Of a DNA stretch of 45,203 bases, positions 1 through 9,178 are shown piece by piece (position 1 is the first letter of the stretch; every line of letters starts with the position of its first letter). The translations under genes and the position numbers were made by a program. This DNA is from Oligoflexales bacterium (GTDB taxonomy: Bacteria; Bdellovibrionota_B; Oligoflexia; Oligoflexales; CAIYRB01), in the NCBI GenBank assembly GCA_041736175.1, contig JBGSUI010000203.1, forward strand, positions 1 to 45,203, given 5' to 3'. The notes under the pieces were generated by a model, which was not told the DNA's origin, did no database searches, and saw nothing but the letters and a program-made list of their open reading frames with translations.

Positions 1-83
1 AATTCTTGTCCTTGAAATGGCACTTTTTACGACCTTCTGCTGAGAGCACGTTAAAGAAGGTCCATTATGGTCGAGAAGATGGC

Positions 84-563
84 ATGATAAAAGAAAAATT
101 TCAAGGGATAATATCAAGTCATGTGAGAAAGACTATAGTCGTGGGCGAGTGGTTTTTGGAGTATTGGAAATCAGAAGAAGCCACTCGGTCGCCACTTGAA
201 AAACAGGTCAATAAGATGCTCCAAAGCAATAAGAAAGCACAAAAGCAGTTGAGAGAGCTCGTTCTAGGAGTCGAGGAGTTTGGTCCGTATGGCTATAAAT
301 TACCTAATAACAAACATTTAAAATGGGGTCTTTTTGAGCTTCGCGATACCGTAAATCACTATCGTTACTATTATTGCGAAACAGACTTTGTCTACAAATT
401 TCCTAACGACTTTGAACAGAATATTCTTTTATTGCTGGTTGCAGCATCTGATAAAGACAAGCAAAAGTTTCACATCGAGTTAGCCCGAAAGAGGATGCTC
501 AATTTATCCGTAAATAACGTTTTAAACCTCAATGGCCATATAATCCAAGAATGGAAGGTGTAA
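84..563 (+). CDS. Putative RelE/HigB-like toxin (toxin-first type II TA)
   Basis: ORF 6..563, with the first ATG at 84. It carries a RelE/HigB-like 'KHLKWGLFELRD...YRYYY' motif, lies 1 nt upstream of an HTH gene and is AT-rich. Confidence 0.5.
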   Translation: MIKEKFQGIISSHVRKTIVVGEWFLEYWKSEEATRSPLEKQVNKMLQSNKKAQKQLRELVLGVEEFGPYGYKLPNNKHLKWGLFELRDTVNHYRYYYCETDFVYKFPNDFEQNILLLLVAASDKDKQKFHIELARKRMLNLSVNNVLNLNGHIIQEWKV

Positions 564-564
564 A

Positions 565-870
565 ATGGGAGTCCTAAATGATATCGAAAAAATGATGACA
601 CAAGATGAAATCTCACAAAGTAATGATGATTATCTTAAGAAGACACAAAGCTTAAGGGATTCCAAAGAATCTTTAGCAAAGTCACTTGCCGCCTATATAG
701 CTCAATCAATTAAAGAGAAAAACATAAGTCAAAATGAGCTAATGAGATCGTTAAAAATGTCGTCGGCAACAATGACAGAAATCATCAACGGTCGTGGCAA
801 TCCAACAATAGAAACCATAGCAAAATTTGGCGCTTTTTTCGGAAAAAAACCTGAAATCAAATGGAAATAA
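565..870 (+). CDS. XRE/Cro-family HTH protein, HigA-like antitoxin
   Basis: Typical HTH_3 pattern 'ISQNELMRSLKMSSATMTEIINGRGNPTIETIAKF'; translationally coupled to the upstream ORF. Confidence 0.75.
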   Translation: MGVLNDIEKMMTQDEISQSNDDYLKKTQSLRDSKESLAKSLAAYIAQSIKEKNISQNELMRSLKMSSATMTEIINGRGNPTIETIAKFGAFFGKKPEIKWK

Positions 871-909
871 ATCTCAATAAAAATGCTGTGATTTTACTGA
901 AAAACTCAA

Positions 910-937
910 ATTCCCTCCTCTTTTTAAGAGGGGGAAT
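910..937. terminator. Hairpin between the convergent TA module and tRNA-Pro
   Basis: Imperfect inverted repeat ATTCCC(T)CCTCTT-ttt-AAGAGGGGGAAT. Confidence 0.35.
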
Positions 938-1107
938 GATTATAATAGTTCGTATTGTGAAGACTCCGAACGCTCAGTAACCACATCTAGCCTCTTTGAG
1001 GACAGCTATAAGACTTTATTTGATGCTGATATTTTAGAGTCTACCCAAAATACCAAACTCAGACTACCAAAACCAATCCTCTTTTGACCCTAAGCCCCTG
1101 AAATAAC

Positions 1108-1184
1108 TGGTCGGGGTGGCGGGATTCGAACCCACGACCTCACGCACCCCAAGCGTGCGCGCTACCAAGCTGCGCTACACCCCG
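1108..1184 (-). tRNA. tRNA-Pro(GGG)
   Basis: The reverse complement CGGGGTGTAGCGCAGCTTGGTAGCGCGCACGC-TTGGGGT-GCGTGAGGTCGTGGGTTCGAATCCCGCCACCCCGACCA folds into a full cloverleaf with anticodon GGG and encoded CCA. Confidence 0.97.
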
Positions 1185-1375
1185 ACTTCCCTAGCCATCG
1201 ACTGGCTAGGAAGTGAAGTGGTAACATGCCCACCCTAAGTGGTCAACCTCTGGATACAGTCTCAACTAAAAAAGTGACTGGTTTTGAAAGATTTAAGTGC
1301 GCTTATATTTTTTTACAGTTTTTATTTTATTACTTATAAAATCAAATCTACCTCCCCCAAAAGCTTCGAACTCCT

Positions 1376-2008
1376 TCATTCCTCGCGGCATCCCGTAAAA
1401 TGATAGGTTCCGTCAGATAGGCTGCTTATTTTGATTTTAATTTTGTTCGCACCTTTAGACCCCTTATGACCCGGTTCAGCTAGGGCAAAAGTACAGCGAA
1501 TTTTGACTCTAGAGCGGGGACCCTGAGGGAAAACCTCAAGAATATGCTTGCCTTTTCGAGGGAGATTGTCTGCAACGAGGGGAGTTTCGCCCTTAAGGAG
1601 ACCCTTGTCGATCTCCACATAGTAAGGCTTTGAGATCCGATCTCCCGTGACTTCGATAGGGACAAATTGCCCTGCGCCCTTAGGGACGAGTCGAACTTCG
1701 CTGAGGGTCACTTTTGCCCCCGCATTCATTTCCAAATTAGCAACGTAATTTTGATATCCTTCTCGCATAATCTTTAGCTTGGTCTTGCCCGGCTCCAGCT
1801 CCAGACTGACTGGTGTTTCCAGATACCGACCATTTTGATGGGGCACGCCATTGATGTTGATTCTGACAATTTTGGGTTCAGAAACCAAGGTGACCGTCCC
1901 CAGTCTCCTAGCAAAAAGAGTGGTTTTTAATAGGGCCGTCACCAACGTCAGCCCCCAGATGGCTACCGTTGCATAGATTAGGTGTTTTTGATCCTTATGT
2001 TCGCTCAA
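1376..2008 (-). CDS. Membrane-anchored PEGA-domain protein
   Basis: N-terminal TM helix followed by PEGA-like 'VTLVSEP...ININGVP...ETPVSLELEPGKTKLKIMREGY'; resembles the C-terminal part of the adjacent kinase. Confidence 0.7.
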   Translation of the reverse strand: MSEHKDQKHLIYATVAIWGLTLVTALLKTTLFARRLGTVTLVSEPKIVRININGVPHQNGRYLETPVSLELEPGKTKLKIMREGYQNYVANLEMNAGAKVTLSEVRLVPKGAGQFVPIEVTGDRISKPYYVEIDKGLLKGETPLVADNLPRKGKHILEVFPQGPRSRVKIRCTFALAEPGHKGSKGANKIKIKISSLSDGTYHFTGCREE

Positions 2009-2041
2009 ATAATTTACCTGCCCAACTCTGGGTTAAAAAAA

Positions 2042-3856
2042 CTATGGTCCCGTCATCACACATCGCTTTTTCTCGGGGTCAATCATCAATTCATTGGGTT
2101 GTCGCCACTGGGTCGCTCGAGCGGTAAACCGACAAGCAAATTGTTCCTTAGAGACGCTGTCCATTATTCTCATGCGATAACTACGCCCCACAGTCACATC
2201 AGGAGCTATGGAATTGGTGGCGGGAGGACTGAGCTGTGCTACAAAAAAGCCATCTTCAATATTGATAAGGTAAGTATTCTCAGACTTAGTTCGAATCTTT
2301 AGGGCAGCTAGGGTCGCTCTTTCCTTAAGAACAATATCGTCTTTGACCACCTTGTCACCTTCTTCGAGATCAAGCTCTAACTTATAGGGGTGGTACCCAA
2401 TCCGGGAGATAACAACACTATGTTTACCAGGTTTTAAATTGAGTCGCAGGGGATATTGGGAGGATGCCCGCAAATATTTACCTTGGTTGACATAGGACTG
2501 ATTGACTAAGATACGAACCCTCGATGGTTGAGATCTTATGGTGAGCTGGGCCGGCTTTGTGCTAACAAACGTTGGTTGTAATACCTTTACCAACAAAAGA
2601 ATAAGCACCAATCCAATAGCAATCACCCACATGCTAGGCCATTTGGATTTCTTGATCTTCATAGGAGTCGGCCTGAGATTGCCATTTGTTTTAGTACCTA
2701 CAATGACAGGGAGACTGCCTTTTTGAAGGGAACTTTGGCCGACCAAGATCTGACTGGATGCAAGCGCTTTAGCAGATTTTACGAGAGAAAAGGCCGCCTG
2801 AGGAAGCTGGTCCTCGGTACCATGGAGCGGAGATTTGCCGGACAACTCGGAAGCCGACGCGCTTTGCCGCTTTTTTCCTGGCTTCAGGTTTGTTTCGGTC
2901 AGAGTTTTTTTAATATCTAAAGCAGATTCGTTTCGTTTAACCTCCATTAGTTTTTTAAGAAACGATCCTAGTTCTTCAGAAGTAAAGTCAGGAAACTTGC
3001 GACTCATGTAACGACGCAGGTCTTTTTCGAAATCCGCTGCAGATTTGTATCGTTTTTTGGGATCCTTTGCTAATCCCTTCTTAATGATCTCATCAAGATC
3101 TTGATCCACTTCTGGATTGAGTTCACGAAGTTCCTGGGTGATCACGCAATTTTTGACTCGTTGGATCGTATCGACTTCACTCTCGCCCTGAAAAAGCCGC
3201 TTCATCCCAAGCATTTCCCACAGCACAATCGAGAGAGCAAAGACATCCGTTCTGGCATCGACTTCTTTAGCGCTAATCTGTTCGGGACTCATATAGGAAT
3301 ACTTGCCCTTGACGATTCCAGGGCGCGTTTCCGTGATTTTGCTTTCTGCGTCAGCAATGCCAAAATCTGTAACTTTGACCTCCCCGTCGTAAGACACTAA
3401 AATATTTTGAGGGGAGATATCACGATGGACAATCCCCAAAGGGAGCTGCGTGATTTCGTCTACTTTAGTATGGGCATAGTGAAGCCCCCGTGCGGCTTCG
3501 GCTATGATATAGCATGAAAAAGGCACGCTTAATTTTTGCTTCGATTGCTCCACGGAATGAAGCAGCGACCGCAAATCAGCTCCATCGACAAATTCCATGA
3601 TAATCGCATAGGAACCTTCGACCTCTTCAAAGCCTTCGACCTTAACGATATTGGCATGCTGGAGACGCTTGCAGATATGAGCTTCGTCACGGAACATCTG
3701 GATAAATTCTTGGTCTTGGGCAAAATGAGGCAGAATGCGTTTGATAGCACAGAGTCGTTGAAACCCATCTTCACCTATGACTTTGCCAAGATAAATCTCC
3801 GCCATGCCTCCGCGGTTTATCTTCTTAGCTAAATGATATCGTGTTTGTTCTGACAT
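2042..3856 (-). CDS. Hanks-type Ser/Thr protein kinase with TM helix and extracytoplasmic PEGA domain
   Basis: Intact motifs RGGMAEIY, AIKRI, HRDISPQN, DFGIA, YMSPEQ and DVFAL; TM segment 'MWVIAIGLVLILLLV'. Start taken as the ATG at 3856 (the ORF is open from 3907). Confidence 0.92.
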   Translation of the reverse strand: MSEQTRYHLAKKINRGGMAEIYLGKVIGEDGFQRLCAIKRILPHFAQDQEFIQMFRDEAHICKRLQHANIVKVEGFEEVEGSYAIIMEFVDGADLRSLLHSVEQSKQKLSVPFSCYIIAEAARGLHYAHTKVDEITQLPLGIVHRDISPQNILVSYDGEVKVTDFGIADAESKITETRPGIVKGKYSYMSPEQISAKEVDARTDVFALSIVLWEMLGMKRLFQGESEVDTIQRVKNCVITQELRELNPEVDQDLDEIIKKGLAKDPKKRYKSAADFEKDLRRYMSRKFPDFTSEELGSFLKKLMEVKRNESALDIKKTLTETNLKPGKKRQSASASELSGKSPLHGTEDQLPQAAFSLVKSAKALASSQILVGQSSLQKGSLPVIVGTKTNGNLRPTPMKIKKSKWPSMWVIAIGLVLILLLVKVLQPTFVSTKPAQLTIRSQPSRVRILVNQSYVNQGKYLRASSQYPLRLNLKPGKHSVVISRIGYHPYKLELDLEEGDKVVKDDIVLKERATLAALKIRTKSENTYLINIEDGFFVAQLSPPATNSIAPDVTVGRSYRMRIMDSVSKEQFACRFTARATQWRQPNELMIDPEKKRCVMTGP

Positions 3857-4149
3857 GAAACCTTTATGCCCACAGGTGCTAAAGCGAAGCAAGAGTGTGA
3901 CGGACAAATTTCGCTGCGTACAAGAATATCCCCAATAGTCCTCGGCATTTTGCCAACGTTTATAAAGTTTCAGTAAGGTTTTTAAGCAAGGAATGGATAA
4001 CTCGGGATTAAAGTTTAACGAGCGGATTTTTCAATAATTTATAGCCCTATTTGTCCTTATCCTTAAAAAAACCGAGCCCCATCTGATCTATGATGTTTTT
4101 TTTGATCTTTTGCGATATTTTGACCCAGATCATAAGGAGCCGCGGACCG

Positions 4150-4914
4150 ATGACAAACCTAGCAAACCACCTCCCCCCTAGCCCTCCTCTCCCTTCTTCC
4201 AAACGCGGGGCTTTTATTTCGTTTGAAGGGGGCGAGGGGGTTGGCAAATCAAGACTTATGAACTCCTTAGAGCCATTGTTAAACCGGGAGCTTGGAGTCC
4301 GCACCATCACGACCCGCGAACCAGGCGGAACCCCCCAAGGTGAGTTGATCCGAACCCTTTTCGCAAAACACTCTGACGAGGAACCGTGGCTCCCTTTGAC
4401 TGAAGCTTTTCTAGTCTGCGCAGCCCGGGCGCAGCATGTTCAGGTTAAGATCCGGCCAGCTCTTGAAAAGGGAACTTGGGTCTTGTGTGACCGATTTGCG
4501 GACTCCACCAGGGTCTATCAAGGTATGGTTGCCGGAGCCACACTGGAAAGCCTGATTTCACTGGCAACTGATGGCCTGGAACCCGATCTCACTCTTATTT
4601 TAGACTGTCCCGTCGATCTAGCTATGTCTCGCACCCAAGCCCGCCAGTTGGAGTCTCCCCTTGGAAGGGTCCCTCGCCCCGGCAAAGGACTTCCATCTTT
4701 GCAAGCAGAATCCGCACCCACTGATTCCATTGGGAGGTTTGACCTAGATGGCCATGGAAGACACGAGCAGCGACGACAGGCCTACCTGACTCTAGCTCAA
4801 AGATACCCTACAAGAATCGTCGTGATTGATGGATCACAGTCCCCGCAGGAGGTCTTGGACCAAACCCTCAGCGTGATCAGATCGCGATTTTTTCCCTCAA
4901 GCAGTAATCCATGA
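4150..4914 (+). CDS. tmk: Thymidylate kinase (dTMP kinase)
   Basis: FISFEGGEGVGKS P-loop, TREPGGT, CDRF and PDLTLILD motifs; conserved tmk-holB order. Confidence 0.93.
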   Translation: MTNLANHLPPSPPLPSSKRGAFISFEGGEGVGKSRLMNSLEPLLNRELGVRTITTREPGGTPQGELIRTLFAKHSDEEPWLPLTEAFLVCAARAQHVQVKIRPALEKGTWVLCDRFADSTRVYQGMVAGATLESLISLATDGLEPDLTLILDCPVDLAMSRTQARQLESPLGRVPRPGKGLPSLQAESAPTDSIGRFDLDGHGRHEQRRQAYLTLAQRYPTRIVVIDGSQSPQEVLDQTLSVIRSRFFPSSSNP

Positions 4915-6071
4915 GAAATCCTGTGCAAAAAAAAGCTTCCATTCCTAAGCCCCATGGCTCTCGAACCCCATCGGCCCATTCTAACTCATGGAATCCTCTT
5001 CGGTGGGATCATCTTGTAGGATTCGAAAAACCCATGGCCCGCTGGCAAGAGCTGGTCTCCCAGGAGAAACTCCCTCCCATATTCATGCTGCTAGGGAGGG
5101 ACGGGATCGGCAAAGAGGGGCTCTTAGCCTACCTAGCTGCCTTGCATTTTTGCAACCGCGGCAATGCCTGCGGCCAATGCACCTCCTGCCAGATGATTTT
5201 ACAAAGGAACCATCCTGAAGTTCTTTGGGTCGGTTCCTCTGAAGCTGACAGTGAAGACAGCCACGACAAAGAAACGGCCCCAGACGACGGCTCCCCGCTT
5301 CTCCTAGCGGACGCCATCCGCATCCAAGATCATCTGCAACTTGCTGCGGGTTTTGGCGGACGATATCGGGTTGTGGTCATCCCCCATGCTGACCGCCTTT
5401 CCGGAAAAGCTGCCAATAGACTTCTTAAAATATTTGAGGAGCCACCTCCCCACTGTGTCGTTCTTATGAGCACAAGCCGCTTAGACCGCATCCTTCCGAC
5501 CATCCAATCGAGGACTGTCAAATGGCGTCTATCGCCCCCTCCCGTCGAGAGGTCTCTTGGTTTCTTAAAGTCGATCGACGGTTATAAGGAGTCAAAGTCA
5601 ACTCTTAGCGATGATCTGATCATCCGACTCCTCGAACATTTTGGCCTTGCGCCAGGACCGGTCGTGAGACTTCTTAGGACGGGGGTAGATAAGGTTCAAC
5701 AGGCTGAACCCATAGAAGATCTCATGCTCTATACACAAAAACTTTTAGGGCCAGAATCCCTCGATTTTTTTAATACCAGTTTTGAGCTTGTGGAAAAGCC
5801 CACCCTCCAAAAAGTCCTGCTCCTCGGTCGTGATTGGGGGCGTCGAGGATCTCTCCCATCGATGATTGATACCTTAGATAGGGTCTTGAACCATCACTAT
5901 CGCAAGAGTCTTTTGGATTCTAAAGAGACATTGGCACAAGACCCGTTTATGATTCAAGAGCGCCGTGGCATACTGTCTAAGGCACGTCATCTGGCCAATA
6001 GACAACAAATTAGCCTTAATGGGCAGCTATTGCTCGAAGACATCGGTTTAACTACTCTGAACCAAAGATAG
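4911..6071 (+). CDS. holB: DNA polymerase III subunit delta'
   Basis: GRDGIGK, zinc module C..ACGQCTSC, HPE, AANRLLKIFEEPP and LPTIQSR; ATGA overlap with tmk. Confidence 0.85.
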   Translation: MRNPVQKKASIPKPHGSRTPSAHSNSWNPLRWDHLVGFEKPMARWQELVSQEKLPPIFMLLGRDGIGKEGLLAYLAALHFCNRGNACGQCTSCQMILQRNHPEVLWVGSSEADSEDSHDKETAPDDGSPLLLADAIRIQDHLQLAAGFGGRYRVVVIPHADRLSGKAANRLLKIFEEPPPHCVVLMSTSRLDRILPTIQSRTVKWRLSPPPVERSLGFLKSIDGYKESKSTLSDDLIIRLLEHFGLAPGPVVRLLRTGVDKVQQAEPIEDLMLYTQKLLGPESLDFFNTSFELVEKPTLQKVLLLGRDWGRRGSLPSMIDTLDRVLNHHYRKSLLDSKETLAQDPFMIQERRGILSKARHLANRQQISLNGQLLLEDIGLTTLNQR

Positions 6072-6082
6072 GGCTCGATTCT

Positions 6083-7054
6083 ATGCAAGGTACCAATATA
6101 GCAGGTGTGCAGTTTCGCCGGGCAGGTCGCATCTATGATTTTGCGATGGGTGATATTGATATCAGTGTCGGCGACGATGTGGTTGTGGAAACAGACCGAG
6201 GCCCAAGCCTTGCAAAGGTAGCGGTAATCAAGTTTATTTTTCCCTCCCAAACATCTGCCAGCCCTAAAGATCTCAAATCAATCCTCAGGATCGCTTCGAG
6301 ACGGGATTTAGACGATGCAAAAAAGCTCACTCCAGAGTCAGCTACGGAGTTTGCTCGATCCAGAGTTGAACGCCTAGGGCTTAAGATGACCGTGCTCCAG
6401 AGTGAGGTTCAGTTTGGCGGCAATAAAGTCATCGTCTATTTTACGGCTCCCGGTCGGGTCGATTTTCGGGAGCTGGTCAAAGAGCTGGCCTCGGGTCTTA
6501 AGGCGCGGGTGGAACTCAAACAGGTGGGTGCCCGGGACGAAGCAAAGTTGGTCGGAGGACTGGGGATTTGTGGTCGCGAGTTTTGCTGTAGCAGCTTTCT
6601 ACGAGAGTTTGTCCCTGTTTCCATAAAGATGGCTAAAAACCAGAACCTTGCCCTAAATCCTACCAAAGTCTCAGGCGGCTGTGGGCGGCTACTCTGCTGC
6701 TTGACCTACGAAAACGACCTCTACACCGATCTGAGGGCTAACCTTCCGGAGCGAGGGACCAGGGTGCGCACTAAAGAAAGCTACACCTCGCCCGAGGGGA
6801 TCAGCGGCCAGTTGACGGTTGGCATCGTGACTAAAGTCGATGTGCTTAACCAATTTATCACCATCGAAACAGAGGACCACCGCCAAACCATCGTCCCAGT
6901 GGGCGAGTTTGATATTATCGAACCCGCTCAAAGGACCGCTCCCGATGAGGAGGATGATGAGTGGGGCCAAGACTTAGATCTAGATGCTCTGAGCCGTCTT
7001 GAGGATGGATCCCAACAACGTCCCCGGGGGCCAAAACCCAACCGCAATAACTAG
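6083..7054 (+). CDS. ricT: PSP1-domain Fe-S protein RicT/YaaT
   Basis: GRVDFRELVKEL, GARDEAK, GICGREFCC, KMAKNQNL and SGGCGRLLCCL motifs; follows holB. Confidence 0.88.
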   Translation: MQGTNIAGVQFRRAGRIYDFAMGDIDISVGDDVVVETDRGPSLAKVAVIKFIFPSQTSASPKDLKSILRIASRRDLDDAKKLTPESATEFARSRVERLGLKMTVLQSEVQFGGNKVIVYFTAPGRVDFRELVKELASGLKARVELKQVGARDEAKLVGGLGICGREFCCSSFLREFVPVSIKMAKNQNLALNPTKVSGGCGRLLCCLTYENDLYTDLRANLPERGTRVRTKESYTSPEGISGQLTVGIVTKVDVLNQFITIETEDHRQTIVPVGEFDIIEPAQRTAPDEEDDEWGQDLDLDALSRLEDGSQQRPRGPKPNRNN

Positions 7055-7145
7055 CCATCGCACCCAGTATGGGACTAGATTTTGGAGTGAGGGTGTGCTA
7101 CCAAAGGTAAGTGTCTAGAAATTTTTGATTGGACAAAAATCTAAT

Positions 7146-7221
7146 CGGGCTGTAGCGCAGTTGGTAGCGCGGTACGTTCGGGACGTACAGGTCGCTGGTT
7201 CGAATCCAGTCAGCCCGACCA
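7146..7221 (+). tRNA. tRNA-Pro(CGG)
   Basis: CGGGCTG TA GCGC AGTTGGTA GCGC G GTACG TTCGGGA CGTAC AGGTC GCTGG TTCGAAT CCAGT CAGCCCG ACCA; anticodon CGG. Confidence 0.97.
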
Positions 7222-7268
7222 AGCTCTTACCTTTTTTTAGCTAGGTGTGCCTATATCGAGGACATACC

Positions 7269-7688
7269 CTAGGGGATATCCAAAAACTCTTTCAATTTTT
7301 CCTGGATATCTTCGTGAATCTGAGCATTCTTTATATATGCCACCGGCCCATACAAGTAGTCGGTGTGTAAAGTTTGCGGCTGATAACACTTAACATACGA
7401 ATCTTCTCTGATACCCTCTGAGGTGGAAATAAACACCTCAAACATTTTTTGGAATTGCTTTGTAGAAAGTGGTAAGCACACAATATCCGAACCGCTGCTA
7501 TTAGCCGAATTTGGCGAGAGGATAATAAAGGGACGATATGGTTTAGATGGGTCTGCCGGGGTGGGAGGAATTGAGTGTTTGCGTGATAACTCTTGGTCCA
7601 CCACCCACACTTCGAATTGCTTTGGAACGTTGGCGACACTAGCTTTAAGTAGGTTACCTGGACCTTGTCTAAGGATCGTACTATTCAT
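7269..7688 (-). CDS. PemK/MazF-family endoribonuclease toxin
   Basis: 'PKQFEVWVVD...KPYRPFIILSPNSANS...IVCLPLST...SYVKCYQPQTL' matches the MazF/PemK pattern. Confidence 0.8.
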   Translation of the reverse strand: MNSTILRQGPGNLLKASVANVPKQFEVWVVDQELSRKHSIPPTPADPSKPYRPFIILSPNSANSSGSDIVCLPLSTKQFQKMFEVFISTSEGIREDSYVKCYQPQTLHTDYLYGPVAYIKNAQIHEDIQEKLKEFLDIP

Positions 7689-7908
7689 GCGTCAATAGTT
7701 TCATATTCAAAGCAGCTTCGTTTGGATTTTCCTGGTAAAAGGCAATTCTTTTTTCGTTAAGCTGCTGATATGCAAGCTCTTTTTCTGATTTCCACAGCAT
7801 CAATAACGCTTTTTCTACAATATCTGCCTGAGACTTATAAGAATTAACCCCGTCACTCTGGATTTTCCTAATTAGTTTCTCGCTTTTGTCATTCAAATTT
7901 GGTCTCAT
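7681..7908 (-). CDS. Putative ribbon-helix-helix antitoxin of the MazF toxin
   Basis: 75 aa ORF overlapping the toxin start; RHH-like 'YKSQADIVEKALLML'; AGGAG RBS upstream. Confidence 0.6.
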   Translation of the reverse strand: MRPNLNDKSEKLIRKIQSDGVNSYKSQADIVEKALLMLWKSEKELAYQQLNEKRIAFYQENPNEAALNMKLLTHE

Positions 7909-7923
7909 ATTGTGACTCCTATT

Positions 7924-7946
7924 CTAGTACCACCGTTTGGTACTAG
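7924..7946. promoter_or_regulatory. Inverted repeat, probable antitoxin operator
   Basis: Perfect 9-bp arms CTAGTACCA-ccgtt-TGGTACTAG just upstream of the antitoxin start; a further GGTACCA half-site lies at about 7952. Confidence 0.45.
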
Positions 7947-8088
7947 TTTCCGGTACCATAATAGCACACTCATCGGAATAACAAGAAAAATCTTAAGTAT
8001 TTTCTTGTAACATAATGAATTTTCAATTGTTTAGGATCTTATGTTCATTTTATTATGAAAATAAAGTTATATCACCCTAACCGCGCGC

Positions 8089-8865
8089 TCATTCGCTGCG
8101 AAGAGCCTCGATCACCTGAAGTTTCTCCGCTTTCCAGGCTGGGGTTAGGCCACTCAAAAGGCCAACAACCAAGATAGATACAACCGAAAGGATCAAGGCT
8201 GGAATGTCGACAATCCATTCAAAAGCTAGATTAGGAACCAGCTGCATTGCCCCTAGGATGGCTCCTTCATAGAGCCCAAACCCCAAAACCAGGCCAATAA
8301 GGCCCGCGATGCCGCAGATGACCATTGATTCGAATAGGTACTGAATGCGGATGCTGACATTGGTCGCGCCAAAGGCCTTGCGTATCCCAATTTCTTTGAA
8401 ACGCTCGGAAACGGAAACCAACATCATATTGGTGATTCCTATCCCACCGACACCCAGCGAGGTGAGTGCGATCGAACCCAGGAGCAAGGTGAACATTCCC
8501 AAAAATTTTTTCATTTGATTAAGCAATGTACTATCTCTTCCCACATTGAAATTACCTGCCTTCCCATACTTCATTCTAAAAAGAGCTTGGACTTTGTTCG
8601 ATGTTGCTTCAACATCAGCATCGGCTCTGACCTGCACGACTAGCTCGCGCATAATCGACTGCCAAGTATTATTGACCCCTTGAAAGTAGGTGTAGGGCAG
8701 GTAGACCTGAAGGTTTGGCTTGTAGTAGGTTTTATTGCTCGTCTGAGAAGTCAAAACGCCTATAACACGACAGGTAAATGAACTCTTATTCAGAGCGATA
8801 TATATGATCTGACCAATAGGATTGGTCTGGTTAAATAATCGATCAAAAATTTCTGATCCGATCAC
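8089..8865 (-). pseudogene. C-terminal half of a MacB/FtsX-type ABC permease (5'-truncated)
   Basis: Begins mid-periplasmic domain ('VIGSEIFDRLF'); contains GGIGITNMMLVSVSERFKEIGIRKAFGA and ends IEALRSE. The N-terminal TM and ATPase parts are absent. Confidence 0.75.
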
Positions 8866-9079
8866 CTTGATCTACTTTGACGGCTTCAAGGGAGGGCGCA
8901 TGTTCGATAGCCCATTGAATGGTTTCCAGAAAACTCAGCTTTCTATCGAGCTGCGTTGACTCAGAACCCTCCGAGATGCCGCTGCGGCTGATCGATATCC
9001 ATAGGATGAGAAGACATACCTTTAAGATGACCAAACTCCTACAGATTATCGGTTTGCCATTGAATATGGCAGTAGTCAA
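8843..9079 (-). pseudogene. N-terminal fragment of a TolC-like outer membrane protein
   Basis: Signal-like hydrophobic stretch, then 'KLSFLETIQWAIEHAPSLEAVK' (typical TolC first helix); the frame ends on entering MacB sequence. Confidence 0.5.
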
Positions 9080-9178
9080 TGCTCGCCGAGTTTAGACAAT
9101 GAAAAAGATGATATCAAGAGATAGTTAACCACGGGCTTAACTTCATTATCCCTCTAGTGAAAATTTCCTACTTTTTGT

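Noticed and set aside
1186..1213. Hairpin CCTAGCCA-tcgac-TGGCTAGG beside the tRNA 5' end
   Set aside because: A real inverted repeat, but single-copy and without a U-tract; function cannot be assigned.
3935..3970. Sigma28-like motif upstream of the Ser/Thr kinase
   Set aside because: GCCGAG is present, but TAAA is only 12 nt away; too weak a match.
7146..7221. The two tRNA-Pro genes as attL/attR or inversion repeats
   Set aside because: They are complete, distinct isoacceptors on opposite strands enclosing housekeeping genes.
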